Source: Candidatus Latescibacterota bacterium (lineage in GTDB: Bacteria; Latescibacterota; UBA2968; GCA-2709665). From it: DNA of 64,000 bases. This document shows positions 48,144 to 59,600 of the stretch, in pieces. Location of the stretch: the NCBI GenBank assembly GCA_965237675.1, contig OZ250150.1, positions 1,664,001 to 1,728,000 of the forward strand, in the 5' to 3' direction. Position 1 is the stretch's first letter; each line of letters opens with the position of its first letter. Below the pieces are notes generated by a model. That model searched no databases and was not told the origin of the DNA. It saw nothing but the letters and a program-made list of their open reading frames with translations. A program made the translations under genes and the position numbers.

Positions 48144-50615
48144 ATGGACACCGGACATCGATTCCAGCCTGTCCTTCTTCAGCAATTCTGTACCGCGGTT
48201 CTGTTGCTTGGATTGTGCGTACCGACGACAGCGGGTACGCTTTCGAGGAGGGATTCAATACTCGCCGTCGGTGATCGGCAGATGGATAACCGCCAACCCG
48301 GGGAGGCCGTGGTCACCTTCACCCGGCTTGCCGAGGCCTTTCCCGGTGACGCGCACGTACTGACCCGCCTGGGACGTGCACAACTCAAGGTTGGAGACTT
48401 CAAGGCGGCCAAGAGGTCCTTTGAGGCGGCCCTCGAACTGGATGAGGAAAATGCGGCGGCCCACGCCGGCCTTGCACTTTCGTACGCCGAGATGCCCGCC
48501 AAGGGGATCAGCGCCTTTCATAACTTCCGCCGGTCCGTGAGCGCGGCAAAAAAGGCCATCGAGCTGGATCCCGGACAGGCTGAGGCCTACCGGGCCCTTG
48601 GAGAGGCTCACGAACGATTCAAGGAGAACTACGAGAAAGCGCTTGAGTATTTCGATACGTACCTGGAGATGGAGCCGGACGATCCCGACGGTCTTTACTA
48701 TTTCGGGCTGGCCTGCATACAGGCCGAGACCTACGAGAGAATCGCCAGGCACATAATCCCCTATATGGAGACGAACGCCGAGGATGTCCGGCTGTTTCCC
48801 ATCGGCGCGCAGGGCTTTTTCTTCGAGGAAAGGTACAAAGAGGCGCTGGACTATTTCGAACGCTTCCTGGGCACTGTTGACCCGCAGGAACGCGAAATGT
48901 ACACCGATATTGCGAACGTGGCTTCCGCGGAGGAACTCCGGGAGTTCCAGGCGCTGCCAGACACGACGGAGCGCCAGGCCTTCCTTGAGCGGTTCTGGCT
49001 GCGGCGGGATCCCGATATGATGACCCGCGTCAACGAACGCATCGTCGAGCACTACCGGCGGGTCTGGTATGCCCGCACCTTTTTTGCGGAGAAGGTCTCG
49101 CCCTGGGACAAGCGCGGGGAAGTCTACATCCGTTACGGCAAGCCGGACTACCGGTCGCGGTCCTACGATCGCGACCTGACCCTCACCCCCGACGTGGAAG
49201 CGGTCCGCATGCGCATGGCATACAGCCTCTACGGGGCCGAGGCTTCCTTTATGACGTTTACCGGTCCGGTTTTTCCAATCCGGGCGTTTCGCCATCCCAT
49301 TACCCAGCGCACGCTGGACGACCTCCACGGTTTCGGTTCCGTCGATCAACGCGACGCCAGTTTTCAGGATGACGGCTTCACCTCCAATACCGATGCCGCG
49401 GACGAGGAGGAATTTCAGGAACGCAACCTGGAGGGAACCCCGCTGACTACGCCGCTCACCCGGAGCGACTACGATGACCAGGACGGGGCGCGGTTCGACG
49501 AGTTCGGAAATCAGATCGCCCGGATCAAGTTCGGCGACTATATCCCCGTAACGATCCACACCGACCTGGCCACCGTACCCTGGGAAACCTGGATCTACAC
49601 GCAGATACAGGGGGGAATCGAGATTGTGTTTACGGATGAAAACAAGAGCGGTCAATTCAATTTCGCCCCGATTCCCCCGGTTACCTCCCTGAACAGGCAA
49701 CTCGTCAACGTAACCCGTCTGGTCAAATACGCGCCCGAGATCATATACCAGAACGCCGCGCACGAGACCCCCGACTATTACCGGCCGGGCATCCAGGGAC
49801 CTGCGCTGAACTTTTATTACGATCTCGCCAACTTCCAGGGTTCCGATGGGCAAACCAGCGTAGAAGTCTACTACGGCATTCCACCGGAACAGGTCCGGAT
49901 TGCCGAGCAGGCCGATTCCGCGCAGGTCAGAGTGCAGTGCGCCATGGCCCTGGCCGACGCGGCCCACAAGACGATTTACCGCGATACCCGGGAGTTTTTC
50001 TATGAGGGTCGGGCGGACTTCGCCAGGGACAAAGGCGCGTTTCTGCCCGAAATGCTAAGGACCCGCGTTCCGCCGGGGAAATACGAACTCCAGGTGCAGG
50101 TCAAGGACCTGTCTTCCGGACATACCGGGCTATACAAGCAGGCTGTCCAGGTTCCGGACTACAACGTCGAAAAGCTCAAGATCAGCGATATCCTGCTGGC
50201 TTCGGAAATCGGTGACGCGGATTCAGCCGGCAAGTTCAGCAGGGGCGATATCCGGGTTGTACCGATGCCCACGAGGAATTACAGGAAGGCACAGAAGGTG
50301 TATGCCTACTACGAGATCTACAACCTGGAAAAGAACCGTTTCGGACAAACAGACTACGAGGTGAAGTATGTTGTCCGAAACGTCGTCGGGCGGTCGGAAG
50401 GCGTGGCGGGCGCCATCACCTCGCTCTTCAAGCGCAGAAAGACGCAGGTGTCGGTGTCGTACGAACACGCCGGAACGGCCACCACCGAACAGCAGTACTT
50501 TGAAATCGACCTGGACAAAGCCAAACCGGGCGTGCAGGTCCTGGAGGTAAAGATCAAGGACAGGGTCAGCGGGGATACCGGGACCCGCGAGATTCAGTTC
50601 CGATACGGGATTTGA
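48144..50615 (+). CDS. TPR + GWxTD-like domain protein
   Basis: Signal peptide, TPRs, FW.RRDP...NE...EHYRRV.YA..FF, PWDKRGEVYIRYGKPD, WETWIY, C-terminal Ig-like part with L.ISDI.LA. Confidence 0.85.
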   Translation: MDTGHRFQPVLLQQFCTAVLLLGLCVPTTAGTLSRRDSILAVGDRQMDNRQPGEAVVTFTRLAEAFPGDAHVLTRLGRAQLKVGDFKAAKRSFEAALELDEENAAAHAGLALSYAEMPAKGISAFHNFRRSVSAAKKAIELDPGQAEAYRALGEAHERFKENYEKALEYFDTYLEMEPDDPDGLYYFGLACIQAETYERIARHIIPYMETNAEDVRLFPIGAQGFFFEERYKEALDYFERFLGTVDPQEREMYTDIANVASAEELREFQALPDTTERQAFLERFWLRRDPDMMTRVNERIVEHYRRVWYARTFFAEKVSPWDKRGEVYIRYGKPDYRSRSYDRDLTLTPDVEAVRMRMAYSLYGAEASFMTFTGPVFPIRAFRHPITQRTLDDLHGFGSVDQRDASFQDDGFTSNTDAADEEEFQERNLEGTPLTTPLTRSDYDDQDGARFDEFGNQIARIKFGDYIPVTIHTDLATVPWETWIYTQIQGGIEIVFTDENKSGQFNFAPIPPVTSLNRQLVNVTRLVKYAPEIIYQNAAHETPDYYRPGIQGPALNFYYDLANFQGSDGQTSVEVYYGIPPEQVRIAEQADSAQVRVQCAMALADAAHKTIYRDTREFFYEGRADFARDKGAFLPEMLRTRVPPGKYELQVQVKDLSSGHTGLYKQAVQVPDYNVEKLKISDILLASEIGDADSAGKFSRGDIRVVPMPTRNYRKAQKVYAYYEIYNLEKNRFGQTDYEVKYVVRNVVGRSEGVAGAITSLFKRRKTQVSVSYEHAGTATTEQQYFEIDLDKAKPGVQVLEVKIKDRVSGDTGTREIQFRYGI

Positions 50616-50661
50616 TACCAGGGCGGGCGCGGTAGATCGAGCGCCGTTCTGAACGTGAGGA

Positions 50662-50699
50662 ATGCAAGTAGGGCGCAGTGTACTGCGCCCTACTTGCAT
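50662..50699. repeat. Perfect 18-bp inverted repeat with GTAG ends (REP-like or terminator)
   Basis: ATGCAAGTAGGGCGCAGT-gt-ACTGCGCCCTACTTGCAT. Confidence 0.75.
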
Positions 50700-50810
50700 C
50701 TGAATAGGCTCCCGGCGAGAATAAGAACCGTGTCAGGTGAGAATAGAACGCATTGGCGGATCGGAGACGTGGCAACACACGCAGGATTGTCATCAGGGAG
50801 GAGCCGGGAA

Positions 50811-51791
50811 ATGACGGAACTTCGTGCGGGGCTGATCGGATGCGGAGCGATCGGGGGTGTGCATAGCGAGGCGGTGGCCGGGCTGGACGGCATACGAATG
50901 CTGGCGTTCTGCGACGTGGTTGAAGAGAAGGCCCAAGCGTTGTGCGCTCGCTACGGGGGAATCTACGCGACCACCGATGCGGACCGCATCTTCTCCGACG
51001 CTTCGCTGGACGTCGTCTATATCTGCACGCACCATGACACCCATGCCGACTTTTGTATCCGCGCCGCGGAGGCGGGGAAAAATATGCTGGTTGAAAAGCC
51101 TCTTGCGCTGACGGTGGAAGACTGCCGGAGGATCGGGGACGCGGTGGAGCGGCATAGAGTCAAGCTGTTTACGGCCTTCAAGATGCGGTACTATCCGATG
51201 GTTCAGAAAGCCCGCGAGCTTGTTCCCGAACCGTTGATGGTGGTGATGCAGATGATGGACAACCGATGGGGGGATACCTGGGCAAACGATCCCATTCTGG
51301 GTGGAGGCAACGTATTCAGCCAGGGATGCCATTCGTGCGATATCCTGCGATATGTGGCCGGGTCCGATCCGGTGGAGGTCTACGCGGCGGGTGGGAACTA
51401 CTATCAGGCAAACGGCAGACTGGACAATCTGACGGCCACGTTCAGGTTTGAAAATGGCGCAGCCGGTTGCTGGATCCAGGGAGATGCCAACCGGCCGGCG
51501 TTAACCAGCAAGCTTTTTATGGAGATTTTCTCCGAAAATCGTTCCGTTCTACTTACCGACCGGTTCTGTACGCTGACGTATACGGAAACCGGGAAGGAGC
51601 CGGTGGAGTACCGTGGTGAAGAGGGTGGATTCGTCGAGGAGAACCGGCTGTTTGTCGAGGCGCTTCGAACCGGCGCACCCATGGCCGCGGACCACGTGGA
51701 CGGGCTGATGGCCACACTGATGATGATTCAGGCCGGTACGAGCATCCGGACCGGGCGGCCGGAGTGCGTGGCGTCGCTTGCGAGATCTTGA
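50811..51791 (+). CDS. Gfo/Idh/MocA family oxidoreductase
   Basis: GLIGCGAIG, YICT, LVEKPLA, GGG....GCH..D. Confidence 0.9.
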   Translation: MTELRAGLIGCGAIGGVHSEAVAGLDGIRMLAFCDVVEEKAQALCARYGGIYATTDADRIFSDASLDVVYICTHHDTHADFCIRAAEAGKNMLVEKPLALTVEDCRRIGDAVERHRVKLFTAFKMRYYPMVQKARELVPEPLMVVMQMMDNRWGDTWANDPILGGGNVFSQGCHSCDILRYVAGSDPVEVYAAGGNYYQANGRLDNLTATFRFENGAAGCWIQGDANRPALTSKLFMEIFSENRSVLLTDRFCTLTYTETGKEPVEYRGEEGGFVEENRLFVEALRTGAPMAADHVDGLMATLMMIQAGTSIRTGRPECVASLARS

Positions 51792-51819
51792 GGCCGCCGC
51801 GGAGGGCGGGAGATTTGAA

Positions 51820-54072
51820 ATGAAATCGAGTCGTAATAACGGGTATGGGGTCGTCCTTGTCTTCGCCATAATGACCGTATCGGCAGGAGGGGAAACGATG
51901 CACCCCGTCGGCCATAAACAGGCTGCCGGAACGCGGCGCATGGTCGAACGGCTGGAAAGGGTCGCCCGCAACACGGATCTCGAACTCAACAAATATGGAA
52001 ATGCGGAACGCGCGCGTTATTTTCGTCAAAGGCTCGAGGAACCCCTTGAGCGAACGGAACTGGTGATGGTCCGTGCGCTGCTGGCCGAGGAACTGTTGAA
52101 TGCGGGGCAGACCGGGGAGGCGATCCGCCACTTCCGGGTGGTGCGGGCGGCTGTGGACCGGGGTCCGGCCGAGTTCCCGTCGGGGTTTTCGGAGACGATC
52201 GAGGAACTGCTGGCTATTTCGCACCTGCGGATCGGCGAGCAGGAAAACTGCGTCGTCCACGGGGGAATCGAGGCCTGTCTGCTCCCCATCGGAAGCGCGG
52301 GTATCCACGCCCGTCAACGCGGATCGCGGGCCGCCATTGGCGCCTATACGGCCATCCTCAATCGGGATGCGGGGGATCTGACGGCCCGGTGGCTGCTGAA
52401 CGTGGCGTATATGACTGTCGGGAAGTACCCGAACGGTGTGCCCGAAGCGTGGATTATTCCCCCGGAGGCATTCGATTCCGATTACGATATCGGACGATTC
52501 CGGGATGTTGCGCCGGCGGTGGGCCTCGACGTAATGGGCCTTGCCGGGGGATGCGTGATGGAGGATTTCGACGGAGACGGTCTGCTGGACCTGATGGTAT
52601 CCTCCTGGGGACTTCGAGACCAGATCCGTTTCTTCCGGAACGACGGAGACGGCACGTTTTCGGACCGCACGGAAGCGGCGGGCCTGTTTGGAATCGTCGG
52701 CGGGTTGAACCTGGTCCACGCCGATTACAATAACGACGGATACACGGATGTGCTTGTGTTGCGCGGGGCCTGGTTGAGGCGGGCTGGAGCCCATCCGAAT
52801 TCGTTGTTGCGCAACAACGGGGACGGCACGTTTGACGATGTGACGGCGGCGGCGGGGTTGCTCAGCTTTCATCCCACGCAGACTGCCGCTTGGGCGGATT
52901 ACGACAACGACGGATGGGTTGACCTGTTTATAGGTAACGAAACGGTCGATGGCGACGTTCACCTCTGCGAGCTTTTCCGCAACAACGGAGACGGAACCTT
53001 TACGGACGCGGCGCGGGAGGCGGGGGTCGCGACGGAGGGCTACGTAAAGGGATGTATATGGGGGGATTACGATAACGACGGGTTTCCGGATCTGTACGTC
53101 TCACGCCTGCTGGAGCCCAATCTCCTTTACCGGAACGCCGGCAGGGATTCGGAGGGCCGGTGGCGTTTCGAGGATGTGAGCGAGGCGGCCGGCGTCACGG
53201 AGCCGCTGAACAGCTTCCCGGCCTGGTTCTGGGACTACGACAATGACGGCTGGCTGGATCTGTTCGTTTCCGGATACCGTGCCAACTCCGGCGACGTGGC
53301 CGCCGAATACCTGGGAATTACCACGGACGCGGAGCGGCCCCGGCTTTACCGGAACCGGCGGGACGGTACGTTCGCCGATGTGACACGAGAATGCGGTCTG
53401 GATAAAGTGATGTATACCATGGGGTGCAATTTCGGCGACCTGGACAACGACGGATTTCAGGATTTCTACGTGGGCACCGGGGACCCGGACTACCGTGAGA
53501 TCATGCCGAACCGGATGTTTCGCAACGCGGGAGGCGCGTTTTTCCAGGATGTGACGACTTCCGGCGGGTTCGGGCATTTGCAGAAAGGGCACGGCGTGGC
53601 TTTCGGCGATATCGATAACGACGGCGACCAGGACATCTACGCTGTGATGGGCGGGGCGTATTCGGGTGACGTGTTTCAGAATGTGCTTTTCGAAAATCCT
53701 GGACACGGCAACCGATGGATCGTGCTCAAGCTGGAGGGATTGCGGTCCAACCGGGCGGCGATCGGAGCGCGGATAACGGTGCGGGTGGAGACGGGCGAGG
53801 GGGTTGCCGACGTCCACGCGAGCGTAACCGCCGGCGGGAGCTTCGGCGCGTCCCCCCTGCAACAGGAGATCGGACTCGGAAGGGCAACGCGTATCCGGGA
53901 GGTGGGGATCACGTGGCCCGCGACGGGTCAGGTCCAGGTTTTCAAGGAGGTGGAGATGGACCGCGCATATCGGGTACGGGAGGGCCACCCCGTGCTCATG
54001 CCAATGCCATTCAAACGCCTGCGCATGTCTCCCCTGACGGGACGGAAGCGAGCTTCTCACCATCATCACTGA
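51820..54072 (+). CDS. CRTAC1/ASPIC-UnbV family protein with helical N-terminal extension
   Basis: GEQENC...CLLPI, RWLLNVAYMTVG.YP, DYDNDG repeats, GHLQKGHGVAFGD, SNRAAIGARI. Confidence 0.9.
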   Translation: MKSSRNNGYGVVLVFAIMTVSAGGETMHPVGHKQAAGTRRMVERLERVARNTDLELNKYGNAERARYFRQRLEEPLERTELVMVRALLAEELLNAGQTGEAIRHFRVVRAAVDRGPAEFPSGFSETIEELLAISHLRIGEQENCVVHGGIEACLLPIGSAGIHARQRGSRAAIGAYTAILNRDAGDLTARWLLNVAYMTVGKYPNGVPEAWIIPPEAFDSDYDIGRFRDVAPAVGLDVMGLAGGCVMEDFDGDGLLDLMVSSWGLRDQIRFFRNDGDGTFSDRTEAAGLFGIVGGLNLVHADYNNDGYTDVLVLRGAWLRRAGAHPNSLLRNNGDGTFDDVTAAAGLLSFHPTQTAAWADYDNDGWVDLFIGNETVDGDVHLCELFRNNGDGTFTDAAREAGVATEGYVKGCIWGDYDNDGFPDLYVSRLLEPNLLYRNAGRDSEGRWRFEDVSEAAGVTEPLNSFPAWFWDYDNDGWLDLFVSGYRANSGDVAAEYLGITTDAERPRLYRNRRDGTFADVTRECGLDKVMYTMGCNFGDLDNDGFQDFYVGTGDPDYREIMPNRMFRNAGGAFFQDVTTSGGFGHLQKGHGVAFGDIDNDGDQDIYAVMGGAYSGDVFQNVLFENPGHGNRWIVLKLEGLRSNRAAIGARITVRVETGEGVADVHASVTAGGSFGASPLQQEIGLGRATRIREVGITWPATGQVQVFKEVEMDRAYRVREGHPVLMPMPFKRLRMSPLTGRKRASHHHH

Positions 54073-54092
54073 AATCATCGCGAGGTAACGCC

Positions 54093-56447
54093 ATGAAGGA
54101 ACACAGACATCCGCACCCGCACAAGGATCCGCGCCAGCCCAGGGCAGACGCCAGGCCGGGGACCAACCCCCCCGTTTTTGCGTGGCTGCCGGTGCCCTCG
54201 GTATCGGGCTATCGCCTGCAGGTGGCGCGGGATTCGAGCTTTGAGACTATCTGCCTGGACAAGGGTGATTTGCAGGATCCCTTATTCCTTCCCGAAACGG
54301 CATTTGAGCCCGGGAGGTATTTCTGGCGGTGGTCCTCGGGGCCTGCCGCGACGTCCGAGGTTTTCGCGTTTGATATCGGGGCCGAGGCGGCGGTGGTGGA
54401 GGTGCCGCCGGCAAGCGAGTGGCTGAAGCGATTCCCGGCGGAACACCCGCGCATCTACGTCCGTCCGGAGGAGGTGCCGGCGCTGCGGGCGGCGGTACGC
54501 GGCGCCCTGGCCCCCGCATGGGAAACCCTTCGGAGCAGCGCCCAGTCCGTTTTGGCCGAGGCGCATGAGATCGACGAGCCGCCCTTTCTGCCCGACCGAA
54601 GCAAGAACTATCAGGCATACCACGAGACCTGGGCGCCGGTGATGTGGAACTCACGGCGGTTCGTCAAAGGCGCCGAGACCCTGGCGTTGGCCCATCTCGT
54701 GGGCGGGGAGGATCGATATGCCCGCGCCGCGTGCCGGAGGTTGGCGTCCATATCCCGTTGGGACCCGGAGGGGTCCAGCCACCTTGCCCACAATGACGAA
54801 GCCCACATGTCGGTGATCTGGAACGGCTCGAACGCGTGCGACTGGGTGTGGGACCGTTTTATCGACAAGGAACGGGACGCCGTCGTGGAACAATTCCGGC
54901 AGCGGGGACAGATTACGTTCGACCATATGCACAACAGGGGATCCTACGGGGTAACGCGTTTCGACTCGCACGCAGGCCGCGAGATCGTGTTCCTGGCGCA
55001 CATCGCTCTGGTATTCCACGAGCATATTCCCGAGGCGCAGACATGGCTGGAATGGCTGAGGCCGGTGCTGTGCGGCGTGTGGCCGATCTGGTCGGGTGAC
55101 GACGGGGCATGGGCGGAAGGACCTTCATACGGATTGGCTTACGTGACGATTATGTCCATGTTCGCCACGGCGCTGAAGCGGGGCGCCGGCGTGGACCTGT
55201 ACCGGCGGCCTTTCTGGAAAAACCACGCCCGATGGCGACAGTACTGTCTGCCGCCCTATGCCGAATGGATGGGCTTCGGCGACCATACGGAGCGTTGGGC
55301 CGGCACGTGGAGGTCCAACGCGGATCTCGTGGATCTGATCGGACGCGAGACGGGTACGGATGAGTTCACGGAATACGTGAAGGCGTTCCGGGCGGAGGCG
55401 GAGCGTATGCAGACGCCGAAGGAGCGGCGCAGCGCGGGGGTTACGTCACAGCTCTTCCTGGCAGCGACTGAAAGTGCGCCACCGCCGTCCGACGCGGCGG
55501 ATTCAAGGTTCCGCGTGTTTCCCGCCGCGGGCTGGTGCGCGGTACGAACCGATCTGGACGATCCCGCCCGCGATATCGCGCTGATCTTTCGCTCTTCTCC
55601 ACTGGGCGCCATCAGTCACTCTCACGCGAATAACAACGATTTCATTCTGCACGCCGGGGGCAAGGTGATGGCGATGCCGAGCGGCTATTACGCCGGGTAC
55701 GGTTCGGACCACCACACCCACTGGGTGTGGCACACCCGGTCTCACAACTGCGTGACGCTCTCGGACGCCTCCCAGATCATGCGATCGCACGAATCGCGGG
55801 GGAGCATTGAGAATCCATTCGAGGACGAGCGGCTCGTTTACTTTGTGGGCATCGCGGACGCCAGCTACAGCGAACGCGCGAAACGGTGCCGGAGGCATGT
55901 AATTTTCCTGAAGGCGCAGAGCTGTTTTGTGATGATCGACGAGTTTGTCGCGGTTACCGGCATCGATTCGGCGCTCCAGTGGAATATCCACTCCTGGAAT
56001 CGTTTCGCGGTGGACGAGCAGGAAAGAACTTTCCTGCTGGAGCGTGAAGGAAGTTCACTCGAAGGGCATTTCATGTACCACAATAACGCGTTTTTCTCCC
56101 TGAGCGAGGGTTGGGACCCTCCGCCGATGCGGACCGGCAAGGACGAATCACAGTGGCACCAGCAGTACCACCTGTGTTTTACGCCATCCGGACTGGTCAA
56201 CCGCCGGAACCTGGGCGTCGTGCTGTGCCCGGGGCATGGGTCTCTTGACCGCGCGGAGGTGCAGACCGAGCGATCGGGTAAAACGGAAGTCGCGCGGATC
56301 GGGGAGGACCTTGTGCTGGTGGGCGGTCGAGATGGCGTGGCATACGGCAACCATCGCTCAGACGGGCTGGCGCTGCTGGTCGTGCAGGGCCGGGGGTACG
56401 AACTTCGGGATAAGGGCCTTGTAACGGGACGCGGCGAGGTGCATTAG
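54093..56447 (+). CDS. DUF4962 + heparinase II/III-like protein (oligoalginate-lyase-like)
   Basis: NPPVFAW, HPRIY, FDSHA, DGAWAEGPSYG, GFGD, SHSHANNNDF, SHNCVT; true start MKEHRH at 54093. Confidence 0.85.
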   Translation: MKEHRHPHPHKDPRQPRADARPGTNPPVFAWLPVPSVSGYRLQVARDSSFETICLDKGDLQDPLFLPETAFEPGRYFWRWSSGPAATSEVFAFDIGAEAAVVEVPPASEWLKRFPAEHPRIYVRPEEVPALRAAVRGALAPAWETLRSSAQSVLAEAHEIDEPPFLPDRSKNYQAYHETWAPVMWNSRRFVKGAETLALAHLVGGEDRYARAACRRLASISRWDPEGSSHLAHNDEAHMSVIWNGSNACDWVWDRFIDKERDAVVEQFRQRGQITFDHMHNRGSYGVTRFDSHAGREIVFLAHIALVFHEHIPEAQTWLEWLRPVLCGVWPIWSGDDGAWAEGPSYGLAYVTIMSMFATALKRGAGVDLYRRPFWKNHARWRQYCLPPYAEWMGFGDHTERWAGTWRSNADLVDLIGRETGTDEFTEYVKAFRAEAERMQTPKERRSAGVTSQLFLAATESAPPPSDAADSRFRVFPAAGWCAVRTDLDDPARDIALIFRSSPLGAISHSHANNNDFILHAGGKVMAMPSGYYAGYGSDHHTHWVWHTRSHNCVTLSDASQIMRSHESRGSIENPFEDERLVYFVGIADASYSERAKRCRRHVIFLKAQSCFVMIDEFVAVTGIDSALQWNIHSWNRFAVDEQERTFLLEREGSSLEGHFMYHNNAFFSLSEGWDPPPMRTGKDESQWHQQYHLCFTPSGLVNRRNLGVVLCPGHGSLDRAEVQTERSGKTEVARIGEDLVLVGGRDGVAYGNHRSDGLALLVVQGRGYELRDKGLVTGRGEVH

Positions 56448-56663
56448 CGCCATACGTGTGCCGCCGAAGGATAGGATTTCCGTACGTCTGCAGCAGGTCG
56501 GACGCTCTGTAGAGTCTGGCTTGGCCGTAGCAAGGGAGAGGGGTTACGTTTGTATTGCGGGACCGCGGGGTAGGTGTCTAGGACCCCGTATATCCAATGT
56601 AACCCGGCGTGGTGTTTCATCCGTATTGTTGGAAAAATCCCTTGAAACAGTCTTTACGAGGAG

Positions 56664-59600
56664 GTGGCCGTGAAAAATGGATCGGCGGGTCTGAAGGTGG
56701 ATGAGTTGAAAGACCTGTGTCTGGAGACGGCACTGGTGGTCAACGGTGAGCCTCAGGCGAAGATCGTCATCGGGGGGGATGGAGCGCACGAGCGGTTGGC
56801 GGGACGGATCGTTGAGCGGGTCGAGGCGGCGACGGGCGCGCGGCTGGAGGTGGTCCGGGCGGGCGAGGCGGCGCCCGGGATGCTGTTGGAGGGGCACGTG
56901 GTGGCGCTGGGGAATATGGCTGACAACGCCTTTATCCGGTGGCTGTATTACCAGTGGTGGGCGGTGGAAGACCGCTGTTATCCCGGCAGGGGCGGGTACG
57001 CGCTGCGGACGATGCACAATCCCCTGGGGAACGGAAAGAACGTGGTGCTGCTCGGGGCCAGCGACGCCGCCGGGCTGGAGCGTGTGACGTCGCGTTTTGT
57101 GGGGCTTGTGCCCGACGAAAAGACGCTCAGCTTCGGGTGGTTGATGGACATCAGGCTCGGTTCCGGGTTCGACGCTTTTGGCTGTCCGCCGGAGGGGTGG
57201 TTGCAGGAGCGGCGGGAGGACTTCATTGCGCGTGCCACCGCACCGCACGCTTCCGAATCAGGCGCGGGCTTTGAGCTGATTTCGGAGGCGGGCGCGTACG
57301 GGTTGATGTATCACCGGACCGGGCACGAGGCCTATGCGGCGGCCGTTCGGGAGATCGCAGAGGCGCATCTGAGGATGGGCGAGCACGGGGTGATGGCGCA
57401 CTTTCACGTCTGGTGGCTGGCGGTGGTCTGGGACCTGATCGAGGAGAGCCCGGTGTTCTCGGACGAGGACCGGCTGAAGATCACGCAATATCTGCTGTGG
57501 ATCATGGATTCCGCGGAGGGGGCGTATACCCAGTTCTTCCGCCAGGGTGTGGGGCACCGGATGATCCGGCAGAACCACCAGACGCTGGTGGCGCTGGCGG
57601 CGTGGTTCGGAGGGCGGTATTTTTCAACGCACTACGGTTTTGAGGAATCGAAGGAGTGGATGGCTGCGTCTGCGGACGTGTTCAAGGGGCAGGCGGTGTC
57701 GTTCAAGCCGATTGAGGACGCCAACGCTTACCAGTGGATGACGCTGGACCACATGTTGACCTATTCGCTGGCAAGCGGGGATACCACGTATATCGACAAT
57801 GGAAACTGCAAGCGGTCGCTGGACCAGGCGGTGCTTTACTGCAACAACCGGGGAGCGCTGCCCGCGTTTGGAGATACGGGCGCTCCGATGGACGGATACC
57901 CGACGAATTTCCTGGTCAAAGCGGGGCATGTGCTGCAGGACGGACGCGCGGCGTTCCTGCTCGGCAAACGGTTCGACAGGCCGTCGGACTATTTTCGGCC
58001 GCAGCCGCCGGGAGAGCGCTACGAGAGCGTGAGCGATCCGTTGCTGGTGAGGAGTTTTGAGAAGTACTTCTGCGACGGACTGGCGCCCGAGGTTCCCGAC
58101 GGGATGGCCGGCGTGCAGGTGCTGGAGGTTGCTGGCGGGTTCTACGATTTCGCGGAAGACCCGCAGGCGAAAGAGCGCGAAGTGAAGCCGCTGAACATGC
58201 AAAGAGAAGACGCGTTCGATACGGTCTGTTTCCGGGAGGGGTTCGAGCGGGAGGACCAGTACCTGATGCTCCACGGGATCTTTTACGGCAACCACAGCCA
58301 CGAAGACGGGAATACCATACCGGAATTTTCGGCGAACGATCGGATTTTCCTGGTGGATGCGTCGTATACGGAGGGGCCGACGCTTAAGCACCACAATGGC
58401 GTGACGGCGGTCCGGGATGGAGAGGCGTGGGAAGTACCTGCACTGTGCCGGCTGGAGGGTGTGGCGGATCTGGGTCGCGTGGGCATGAGCCGGACGTCCG
58501 TGACAGGGGACTGGGGCGCGTTGTGGGTTCGGAACGTGGTGTGGCGCAGGGGGCGTTATTTTGTGGTGGTGGATGAGGTTGAAGCGACAAAGGCGGGCGC
58601 GTTCGCGCTGCAGTGTCACTGGCGCACATTGGGGACACCCGCTTTGAGGGACGGTACGCTCGAGGTGGTGCAGCAAGACCCGGACAGCGGGCGGGAAGAT
58701 CGGTTTGTTCTGCAGAGCGTGGGCGGTGGCCGGATGTCGCTGGAGCGGGACTGGGAGAATTTCGGCCACTGGTGGGATGCATATCCCTATGCGGATGACT
58801 ATGTGAATATCCTGCGCGAGTCGGCCAACCGGGAGATGGCGGTCGGAGACCGGCACACGTTTATCAACCTGTTCTATGCGTCGAGCCCGCACAAGCCCGT
58901 GGACGACCGGATGCGTCGCGTGGGCGATTCGGCCGTGGTGGTCGAAGGGTCGGACGGCCGGATGGTAGTGGGGACGGGGAGCGGGACCGGCGCGTTTGCG
59001 GTTGGGCCTCTTTCCGGCCGCGCCGGGATCTATGCGGCCGGCGATGGGTGGTTTGCGCTGTGCAACGGGACGTCGCTGTCGACGCAAGACACGATTTTTG
59101 AAAGCGAGCTTCCTGTTTCGATCGAGTTCGATCTGGAGTCGGGTGAGGGCGTGGTCGTGGCGCCGGAACCCGTTGAGATCACGCTGTGCGGAGAACGGTT
59201 ACGCGTTATGGCCGGAAGGCAGGCGGTGAAAACGAGGAAGCCCGGGGCGGGTGTATTGTCGCTGGACGGGGTTGCAGACCTGCCGGCGTGGGAGGCGGGC
59301 TCCCGGGCGCGAGCGCAGGCGGCATCGGTTCCCGGGCTGCGCAGGGTTTGGACCTACGATGCCGGTTCGGGCGTACGTTGCGCCGCTGCCGGAGAGGATG
59401 GGGTGGTTCTGGGTACGGAGGACGGACGGGTGGTGGCTCTGGACGAAAACGGAAAGCCGGCCTGGTCCTTCCAGGCGGAAGGGCGCGTGCTTTCGGTGTG
59501 CCCGGTGGTCATGGACGGCCGGCGTTGTGTGATTGCAGGCGCGGACGACCGGCGCCTCTATCTGCTGGAGGAAGGCGGAGGCGTGCGGTGGTCGCGCGCG

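Noticed and set aside
53715-54092. N-terminal extensions in the ORF track (also 10132-10482 and 43930-44157)
   Set aside because: They overlap upstream genes; better starts with an RBS or stop-start coupling lie downstream.
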